Below, in pieces: positions 45,001 through 57,000 of a stretch of 64,000 bases of DNA. Positions within the stretch are counted from its first letter, which is position 1. Each line of letters opens with the position of its first letter. The position numbers were made by a program, and so were the translations under genes. The DNA lies in assembly GCA_964016885.1 (NCBI GenBank), contig OZ024752.1, forward strand, positions 18,352,001 through 18,416,000, in the 5' to 3' direction. Source of the DNA: Eledone cirrhosa. Taxonomy: Eukaryota. The notes beneath the pieces were generated by a model, which had not been told where the DNA came from, searched no databases, and was given only the letters and a program-made list of their open reading frames with translations.

Positions 45001-48000
45001 GATAGCCATAGTTAGCCGTATCACAACATATAGCAACGATAGCTGTGGTTAGCTGTCTCACAACATATAACAAAGATAGCTGTGGTTAACTGAATCACAA
45101 CATATAGGAAAGATAGCCATAGTTAGCTGTATCACAACATATAGCAAAGATAGCCATAGTTAGCTGTATCACAACATATAACAAAGATAGCCATAGTTAT
45201 CTGTATCACAACATATAACAAAGATAGCTGTTGTTAGCTGTATCACAACATATAGCAAAGATAGCTGTGGTTAGCTGTATCACAACATATAACAAAGATA
45301 GCTGTGGTTAACTGAATCACAACATATAGCAAAGATAGCCATAGTTAGCTGTATCACAACATATAGCAAAGATAGCCATAGTTAGCTGTATCACAACCTT
45401 TAACAAAGATAGCTGTGGTTAGCTGTATCACAACATATAACAAAGATTGCTGTGGTTAGCTGTATCACAACATATAACAAAGATTGCTGTGGTTAGCTGT
45501 ATCACAACATATAACAAAGATTGCTGTGGTTAGCTGTATCACAACATATAACAAAGATAGCTGTGGTTAGCTGTATCACAACATATAACAAAGATGCTGT
45601 GGTTAGCTGTATCACAACATATAACAAAGATTGCTGTGGTTAGCTGTATCACAACATATAGCAAAGATAGATGTTGTTAGCTGTATCACAACATATAACA
45701 AAGATAGCTGTGGTTAGCTGTATCACAACATATAACAAAGATAGCTGTGGTTAGCTGTATCACAACATATAACAAAGATAGATGTGGTTAGCTGTATCAC
45801 AACATATACCAAGGATAGCTGTGGTTAGCTGTATCACAACATATAACAAAGATAGATGTGGTTAGCTGTATCACAACATATACCAAGGATAGCTGTGGTT
45901 AGCTGTATCACAACATATAACAAAGATAGCTCTGGTTAGCTGTATCACAACATATAGCAAGGATAGCCATAGTTAGCTGTATCACAACATATAACAAAGA
46001 TAGCTGTGGTTAGCTGTATCACAACATATAGCAAGGATAGCCATAGTTAGCTGTATCACAACATATAACAAAGATAGCTGTGGTTAGCTGTATCACAACA
46101 TATAGCAAGGATAGCCATCCTTAGCTGTATCACAACATATAACAAAGATAGCTGTGGTTAGCTGTATCACAACATATAACAACGATAGCTGTGGTTTGCT
46201 GTATCACAACATATAACAAAGATAGCCATAGTTAGCTGTATCACAACATATAGCAACGATAGCTGTGGTTTGCTGTATCACAACATATAACAAAGATAGC
46301 TGTGGTTAGCTGTATCACAACATATACCAAGGATAGCTGTGGTTAGCTGTATCACAACATATAACAAAGATAGCTGTGGTTAGCTGTATCACAACATATA
46401 GCAAGGATAGCCATAGTTAGCTGTATCACAACATATAACAAAGATAGCTGTGGTTAGCTGTATCACAACATATACCAAGGATAGCTGTGGTTAGCTGTAT
46501 CACAACATATAGCAAAGATAGCCATAGTTAGCTGTATCACAACATATAACAAAGATAGCCATAGTTAGCTTTATCACAAAATATAGCAAAGATAGCTGTG
46601 GTTAGCTGTATCACAACATATAACAAAGATAGCTGTGGTTAGCTGTATCACAACATATAACAAAGATAGCTGTGGTTAGCTGTACCACAACATATAACAA
46701 AGATAGCTGTGGTTAGCTGTATCACAACATATAGCAAGGATAGCCATAGTTAGCTGTATCACAACATATAGCAAATATAGCTGTGGTTAGCTGTATCACA
46801 ACAGATAACAAAGATAGCTGTGGTTAGCTGTATCACAACATATAACAAAGATAGCTGTGGTTAGCTGTACCACAACATATAACAAAGATAGCTGTGGTTA
46901 GCTGTATCACAACATATAGCAAGGATAGCCATAGTTAGCTGTATCACAACATATAACAAAGATAGCTGTGGTTAGCTGTATCACAACATATAGCAAGGAT
47001 AGCCATAGTTAGCTGTATCACAACATATAACAAAGATAGCTGTGGTTAGCTGTATCACAACATATAGCAAAGATAGCTCTGGTTAGCTGTATCACAACAT
47101 ATAGCAAGGATAGCCATAGTTAGCTGTATCACAACATATAACAAAGATAGCTGTGGTTAGCTGTATCACAACATATAGCAAGGATAGCCATAGTTAGCTG
47201 TATCACAACATATAACAAAGATAGCCATTGTTAGCTGTATCACAACATATAACAAAGATAGCCATTGTTAGCTGTATCACAACATATACCAAGGATAGCT
47301 GTGGTTAGCTGTATCACAACATATAACAAAGATAGCTGTGGTTAGCTGTATCACAACATATAGCAAGGATAGCCATAGTTAGCTGTATCACAACATATAA
47401 CAAAGATAGATGTGGTTAGCTGTATCACAACATATAACAAAGATAGCTGTGGTTAGCTGTATCACAACATATACCAAGGATAGCTGTGGTTAGCTGTATC
47501 ACAACATATGACAAAGATAGCTGTGGTTAGCTGTATCACAACATATAACAAAGATAGCTGTGGTTAGCTGTATCACAACATATAGCAAAGATAGCTGTGG
47601 TTAGCTGTATCACAACATATAGCAAAGATAGCCATAGTTAGCTGTATCACAACATATAACAAAGATAACCATAGTTAGCTGTATCACAACATATAACAAA
47701 GATAGCCATAGTTATCTGTATCACAACATATAACAAAGATTGCTGTGGTTAGCTGTATCACAACCTTTAACAAAGATAGCCATAGTTAGCTGTATCACAA
47801 CATATAACAAAGATAGCTGTGGTTAGCTGTATCACAACATATAACAAAGATAGCCATAGTTAGCTGTATCACAACATATAACAAAGATAGCCATAGTTAG
47901 CTGTATCACAACATATAACAAAGATAGCCATTGTTAGCTGTATCACAACATATAACAAAGATAGCTGTGGTTAGCTGTATCACAACATATAACAAAGATA

Positions 48001-51000
48001 GCTGTGGTTAGCTGTATCACAACCTTTAACAAAGATAGCCATAGTTAGCTGTATCACAACATATAACAAAGATAGACATTGTTAGCTGTATCACAACATA
48101 TAACAAAGATAGCTGTGGCTAGCTGTATCACAACATATAACAAAGATAGCCATAGTTAGCAGTCTCACAACATATAACAAAGATAGCCATAGTTAGCCGT
48201 ATCACAACATATAGCAAAGATAGCTGTGGTTAGCTGTCTCATAACATATAACAAAGATAGCTGTGGTTAACTGAATCACAACATATAGCAAAGATAGCCA
48301 TAGTTAGCTGTATCACAACATATAGCAAAGATAGCCATAGTTAGCTGTATCACAACATATAACAAAGATAGCCATAGTTATCTGTATCACAACATATAAC
48401 AAAGATAGCTGTTGTTAGCTGTATCACAACATATAGCAAAGATAGCTGTGGTTAGCTGTATCACAACATATAACAAAGATAGCTGTGGTTAACTGAATCA
48501 CAACATATAGCAAAGATAGCCATAGTTAGCTGTATCACAACATATAGCAAAGATAGCCATAGTTAGCTGTATCACAACATATAGCAACGATAGCTGTGGT
48601 TTGCTGTATCACAACATATACAAAGATAGCCATAGTTAGCTGTATCACAACATATAACAAAGATAGCCATAGTTAGCTGTATCACAACATATAGCAAAGA
48701 TAGCTGTGGTTAGCTGTATCACAACATATAACAAAGATAGCTGTGGTTAGCTGTATCACAACATATAACAAAGATAGCTGTGGTTAGCTGTACCACAACA
48801 TATAACAAAGATAGCTGTGGTTAGCTGTATCACAACATATAGCAAGGATAGCCATAGATAGCTGTATCACAACATATAACAAAGATAGCTGTGGTTAGCT
48901 GTATCACAACATATAGCAAAGATAGCTCTGGTTAGCTGTATCACAACATATAGCAAGGATAGCCATAGTTAGCTGTATCACAACATATAACAAAGATAGC
49001 TGTGGTTAGCTGTATCACAACATATAGCAAAGATAGCTCTGGTTAGCTGTATCACAACATATAGCAAGGATAGCCATAGTTAGCTGTATCACAACATATA
49101 ACAAAGATAGCTGTGGTTAGCTGTATCACAACATATAGCAAAGATAGCTCTGGTTAGCTGTATCACAACATATAGCAAGGATAGCCATAGTTAGCTGTAT
49201 CACAACATATAACAAAGATAGCTGTGGTTAGCTGTATCACAACATATAGCAAGGATAGCCATAGTTAGCTGTATCACAACATATAACAAAGATAGCCATT
49301 GTTAGCTGTATCACAACATATAACAAAGATAGCCATTGTTAGCTGTATCACAACATATACCAAGGATAGCTGTGGTTAGCTGTATCACAACATATAACAA
49401 AGATAGCTGTGGTTAGCTGTATCACAACATATAGCAAGGATAGACATAGTTAGCTGTATCACAACATATAACAAAGATAGCTGTGGTTAGCTGTATCACA
49501 ACATATAACAAAGATAGCTGTGGTTAGCTGTATCACAACATATACCAAGGATAGCTGTGGTTAGCTGTATCACAACATATGACAAAGATAGCTGTGGTTA
49601 GCTGTATCACAACATATAACAAAGATAGCTGTGGTTAGCTGTATCACAACATATAGCAAAGATAGCTGTGGTTAGCTGTATCACAACATATAGCAAAGAT
49701 AGCCATAGTTAGCTGTATCACAACATATAACAAAGATAACCATAGTTAGCTGTATCACAACATATAACAAAGATAGCCATAGTTAGCTGTATCACAACAT
49801 ATAACAAAGATTGCTGTGGTTAGCTGTATCACAACCTTTAACAAAGATAGCCATAGTTAGCTGTATCACAACATATAACAAAGATAGCTGTGGTTAGCTG
49901 TATCACAACATATAACAAAGATAGCCATAGTTAGCTGTATCACAACATATAACAAAGATCGCCATAGTTAGCTGTATCACAACATATAACAAAGATAGCC
50001 ATTGTTAGCTGTATCACAACATATAACAAAGATAGCTGTGGTTAGCTGTATCACAACATATAACAAAGATAGCTGTGGTTAGCTGTATCACAACCTTTAA
50101 CAAAGATAGCCATAGTTAGCTGTATCACAACATATAACAAAGATAGCCATTGTTAGCTGTATCACAACGTATAGCAAAGATAGCTGTGGTTAGCTGTCTC
50201 ACAACATATAACAAAGATAGCTGCGGTTAACTGAATCACAACATATAGCAAAGATAGCCATAGTTAGCTGTATCACAACATATAACAAAGTTAGCTGTGG
50301 TTAGCTGTATCACAACATATAACAAAGATAGCTGTGGTTAGCTGTATCACAACATATAGCAAAGATAGCCATAGTTAGCTGTATCACAACATATAACAAA
50401 GATAGCCATAGTTATCTGTATCACAACATATAACAAAGATAGCTGTTGTTAGCTGTATCACAACATATAGCAAAGATAGCTGTGGTTAGCTGTATCACAA
50501 CATATAACAAAGATAGCTGTGGTTAACTGAATCACAACATATAGCAAAGATAGCCATAGTTAGCTGTATCACAACATATAGCAAAGATAGCCATAGTTAG
50601 CTGTATCACATCATATAACAAAGATAGCCATAGTTAGCTGTATCACAACATATAACAAAGATAGCCATAGTTAGCTGTATCACAACATATAGCAAAGATA
50701 GCTGTGGTTAGCTGTATCACAACATATAACAAAGATAGCTGTGGTTAGCTGTATCACAACATATACCAAGGATAGCTGTGGTTAGCTGTATCACAACATA
50801 TAGCAAAGATAGCCATAGTTAGCTGTATCACAACATATAACAAAGATAGCCATAGTTAGCTTTATCACAAAATATAGCAAAGATAGCTGTGGTTAGCTGT
50901 ATCACAACATATAGCAAAGATAGCCATAGTTAGCTGTATCACAACATATAACAAAGATAGCTGTGGTTAGCTGTATCACAACATATAGCAAAGATAGCCA

Positions 51001-54000
51001 TAGTTAGCTGTATCACAACATATAACAAAGATAGCTGTGGTTAGCTGTATCACAACATATAACAAAGATAGCCATAGTTAGCTGTATCACAACATATAGC
51101 AAAGATAGCTGTGGTTAGCTGTATCACAACATATACCAAGGATAGCTGTGGTTAGCTGTATCACAACATATAGCAAAGATAGCCATAGTTAGCTGTATCA
51201 CAACATATAGCAAAGATAGCTGTGGTTAGCTGTATCACAACATATAACAAAGATAGCTGTGGTTAGCTGTATCACAACATATAGCAAGGATAGCCATAGT
51301 TAGCTGTATCACAACATATAGCAAAGATAGCCATTGTTAGCTGTATCACAACATACAGTAAAGATAGCCATAGTTAGCTGCATCACAACATATAGCAACG
51401 ATAGCTGTGGTTTGCTGTATCACAACATATAACAAAGATAGCCATAGTTTGCTGTATCACAACATATAACAAAGATAGCCATAGTTAGCTGTATCACAAC
51501 ATATAGCAAAGATAGCTGTGGTTAGCTGTATCACAACATATAACAAAGATAGCTGTGGTTAGCTGTATCACAACATATAGCAAGGATAGCCATAGTTAGC
51601 TGTATCACAACATATAACAAAGATAGCTGTGGTTAGCTGTATCACAACATATAGCAAGGATAGCCATAGTTAGCTGTATCACAACATATAACAAAGATAG
51701 CTGTGGTTAGCTGTATCACAACATATAGCAAGGATAGCCATCCTTAGCTGTATCACAACATATAACAAAGATAGCTGTGGTTAGCTGTATCACAACATAT
51801 AACAAAGATAGCTGTGGTTAGCTGTATCACAACTTATACCAAGGATAGCTGTGGTTAGCTGTATCACAACATATAGCAAGTATAGCCATAGTTAGCTGTA
51901 TCACAACATATAGCAAAGATAGCTGTGGTTAGCTGTATCACAACATATAACAACGATAGCTGTGGTTTGCTGTATCACAACATATAACAAAGATAGCCAT
52001 AGTTAGCTGTATCACAACATATAGCAACGATAGCTGTGGTTTGCTGTATCACAACATATAACAAAGATAGCTGTGGTTAGCTGTATCACAACATATACCA
52101 AGGATAGCTGTGGTTAGCTGTATCACAACATATAACAAAGATAGCTGTGGTTAGCTGTATCACAACATATAGCAAGGATAGCCATAGTTAGCTGTATCAC
52201 AACATATAACAAAGATAGCTGTAGTTAGCTGTATCACAACATATAACAAAGATAGCTGTGGTTAGCTGTATCACAACATATACCAAGGATAGCTGTGGTT
52301 AGCTGTATCACAACATATGACAAAGATAGCTGTGGTTAGCTGTATCACAACATATAACAAAGATAGCTGTGGTTAGCTGTATCACAACATATAGCAAAGA
52401 TAGCTGTGGTTAGCTGTATCACAACATATAGCAAAGATAGCCATAGTTAGCTGTATCACAACATATAACAAAGATAACCATAGTTAGCTGTATCACAACA
52501 TATAACAAAGATAGCCATTGTTAGCTGTATCACAACATATAACAAAGATAGCTGTGGTTAGCTGTATCACAACATATAACAAAGATAGCTGTGGTTAGCT
52601 GTATCACAACCTTTAACAAAGATAGCCATAGTTAGCTGTATCACAACATATAACAAAGATAGCTGTGGTTAGCTGTATCACAACATATAACAAAGATAGC
52701 CATAGTTAGCTGTATCACAACATATAACAAAGATAGCCATAGTTAGCTGTATCACAACATATAACAAAGATAGCCATTGTTAGCTGTATCACAACATATA
52801 ACAAAGATAGCTGTGGTTAGCTGTATCACAACATATAACAAAGATAGCTGTGGTTAGCTGTATCACAACCTTTAACAAAGATAGCCATAGTTAGCTGTAT
52901 CACAACATATAACAAAGATAGACATTGTTAGCTGTATCACAACATATAACAAAGATAGCTGTGGCTAGCTGTATCACAACATATAACAAAGATAGCCATA
53001 GTTAGCAGTCTCACAACATATAACAAAGATAGCCATAGTTAGCCGTATCACAACATATAGCAAAGATAGCTGTGGTTAGCTGTCTCATAACATATAACAA
53101 AGATAGCTGTGGTTAACTGAATCACAACATATAGCAAAGATAGCCATAGTTAGCTGTATCACAACATATAGCAAAGATAGCCATAGTTAGCTGTATCACA
53201 ACATATAACAAAGATAGCCATAGTTATCTGTATCACAACATATAACAAAGATAGCTGTTGTTAGCTGTATCACAACATATAGCAAAGATAGCTGTGGTTA
53301 GCTGTATCACAACATATAACAAAGATAGCTGTGGTTAACTGAATCACAACATATAGCAAAGATAGCCATAGTTAGCTGTATCACAACATATAGCAAAGAT
53401 AGCCATAGTTAGCTGTATCACAACATATAGCAACGATAGCTGTGGTTTGCTGTATCACAACATATACAAAGATAGCCATAGTTAGCTGTATCACAACATA
53501 TAACAAAGATAGCCATAGTTAGCTGTATCACAACATATAGCAAAGATAGCTGTGGTTAGCTGTATCACAACATATAACAAAGATAGCTGTGGTTAGCTGT
53601 ATCACAACATATAACAAAGATAGCTGTGGTTAGCTGTACCACAACATATAACAAAGATAGCTGTGGTTAGCTGTATCACAACATATAGCAAGGATAGCCA
53701 TAGTTAGCTGTATCACAACATATAACAAAGATAGCTGTGGTTAGCTGTATCACAACATATAGCAAAGATAGCTCTGGTTAGCTGTATCACAACATATAGC
53801 AAGGATAGCCATAGTTAGCTGTATCACAACATATAACAAAGATAGCTGTGGTTAGCTGTATCACAACATATAGCAAAGATAGCTCTGGTTAGCTGTATCA
53901 CAACATATAGCAAGGATAGCCATAGTTAGCTGTATCACAACATATAACAAAGATAGCTGTGGTTAGCTGTATCACAACATATAGCAAAGATAGCTCTGGT

Positions 54001-57000
54001 TAGCTGTATCACAACATATAGCAAGGATAGCCATAGTTAGCTGTATCACAACATATAACAAAGATAGCTGTGGTTAGCTGTATCACAACATATAGCAAGG
54101 ATAGCCATAGTTAGCTGTATCACAACATATAACAAAGATAGCCATTGTTAGCTGTATCACAACATATAACAAAGATAGCCATTGTTAGCTGTATCACAAC
54201 ATATACCAAGGATAGCTGTGGTTAGCTGTATCACAACATATAACAAAGATAGCTGTGGTTAGCTGTATCACAACATATAGCAAGGATAGCCATAGTTAGC
54301 TGTATCACAACATATAACAAAGATAGCTGTGGTTAGCTGTATCACAACATATAACAAAGATAGCTGTGGTTAGCTGTATCACAACATATACCAAGGATAG
54401 CTGTGGTTAGCTGTATCACAACATATAGCAAAGATAGCCATAGTTAGCTGTATCACAACATATAACAAAGATAACCATAGTTAGCTGTATCACAACATAT
54501 AACAAAGATAGCCATAGTTAGCTGTATCACAACATATAACAAAGATTGCTGTGGTTAGCTGTATCACAACCTTTAACAAAGATAGCCATAGTTAGCTGTA
54601 TCACAACATATAACAAAGATAGCTGTGGTTAGCTGTATCACAACATATAACAAAGTTAGCCATAGTTAGCTGTATCACAACATATAACAAAGATAGCCAT
54701 AGTTAGCTGTATCACAACATATAACAAAGATAGCCATTGTTAGCTGTATCACAACATATAACAAAGATAGCTGTGGTTAGCTGTATCACAACATATAACA
54801 AAGATAGCTGTGGTTAGCTGTATCACAACCTTTAACAAAGATAGCCATAGTTAGCTGTATCACAACATATAACAAAGATAGCCATTGTTAGCTGTATCAC
54901 AACATATAGCAAAGATAGCTGTGGTTAGCTGTCTCACAACATATAACAAAGATAGCTGCGGTTAACTGAATCACAACATATAGCAAAGATAGCCATAGTT
55001 AGCTGTATCACAACATATAACAAAGTTAGCTGTGGTTACCTGTATCACAACATATAACAAAGATAGCTGTGGTTAGCTGTATCACAACATATAGCAAAGA
55101 TAGCCATAGTTAGCTGTATCACAACATATAACAAAGATAGCCATAGTTATCTGTATCACAACATATAACAAAGATAGCTGTTGTTAGCTGTATCACAACA
55201 TATAGCAAAGATAGCTGTGGTTAGCTGTATCACAACATATAACAAAGATATCTGTGGTTAACTGAATCACAACATATAGCAAAGATAGCCATAGTTAGCT
55301 GTATCACAACATATAGCAAAGATAGCCATAGTTAGCTGTATCACATCATATAACAAAGATAGCCATAGTTAGCTGTATCACAACATATAACAAAGATAGC
55401 CATAGTTAGCTGTATCACAACATATAGCAAAGATAGCTGTGGTTAGCTGTATCACAACATATAACAAAGATAGCTGTGGTTAGCTGTATCACAACATATA
55501 CCAAGGATAGCTGTGGTTAGCTGTATCACAACATATAGCAAAGATAGCCATAGTTAGCTGTATCACAACATATAACAAAGATAGCCATAGTTAGCTTTAT
55601 CACAAAATATAGCAAAGATAGCTGTGGTTAGCTGTATCACAACATATAGCAAAGATAGCCATAGTTAGCTGTATCACAACATATAACAAAGATAGCTGTG
55701 GTTAGCTGTATCACAACATATAGCAAAGATAGCCATAGTTAGCTGTATCACAACATATAACAAAGATAGCTGTGGTTAGCTGTATCACAACATATAACAA
55801 AGATAGCCATAGTTAGCTGTATCACAACATATAGCAAAGATAGCTGTGGTTAGCTGTATCACAACATATACCAAGGATAGCTGTGGTTAGCTGTATCACA
55901 ACATATAGCAAAGATAGCCATAGTTAGCTGTATCACAACATATAGCAAAGATAGCCATTGTTAGCTGTATCACAACATACAGTAAAGATAGCCATAGTTA
56001 GCTGCATCACAACATATAGCAACGATAGCTGTGGTTTGCTGTATCACAACATATAACAAAGATAGCCATAGTTTGCTGTATCACAACATATAACAAAGAT
56101 AGCCATAGTTAGCTGTATCACAACATATAGCAAAGATAGCTGTGGTTAGCTGTATCACAACATATAACAAAGATAGCTGTGGTTAGCTGTATCACAACAT
56201 ATAGCAAGGATAGCCATAGTTAGCTGTATCACAACATATAACAAAGATAGCTGTGGTTAGCTGTATCACAACATATAGCAAGGATAGCCATAGTTAGCTG
56301 TATCACAACATATAACAAAGATAGCTGTGGTTAGCTGTATCACAACATATAGCAAGGATAGCCATCCTTAGCTGTATCACAACATATAACAAAGATAGCT
56401 GTGGTTAGCTGTATCACAACATATAACAAAGATAGCTGTGGTTAGCTGTATCACAACTTATACCAAGGATAGCTGTGGTTAGCTGTATCACAACATATAG
56501 CAAGTATAGCCATAGTTAGCTGTATCACAACATATAGCAAAGATAGCTGTGGTTAGCTGTATCACAACATATAACAACGATAGCTGTGGTTTGCTGTATC
56601 ACAACATATAACAAAGATAGCCATAGTTAGCTGTATCACAACATATAGCAACGATAGCTGTGGTTTGCTGTATCACAACATATAACAAAGATAGCTGTGG
56701 TTAGCTGTATCACAACATATACCAAGGATAGCTGTGGTTAGCTGTATCACAACATATAACAAAGATAGCTGTGGTTAGCTGTATCACAACATATAGCAAG
56801 GATAGCCATAGTTAGCTGTATCACAACATATAACAAAGATAGCTGTAGTTAGCTGTATCACAACATATAACAAAGATAGCTGTGGTTAGCTGTATCACAA
56901 CTTATACCAAGGATAGCTGTGGTTAGCTGTATCACAACATATAACAAAGATAGCCATAGTTAACTGTATCACAACATATAGCAAGGATAGCCATAGTTAG

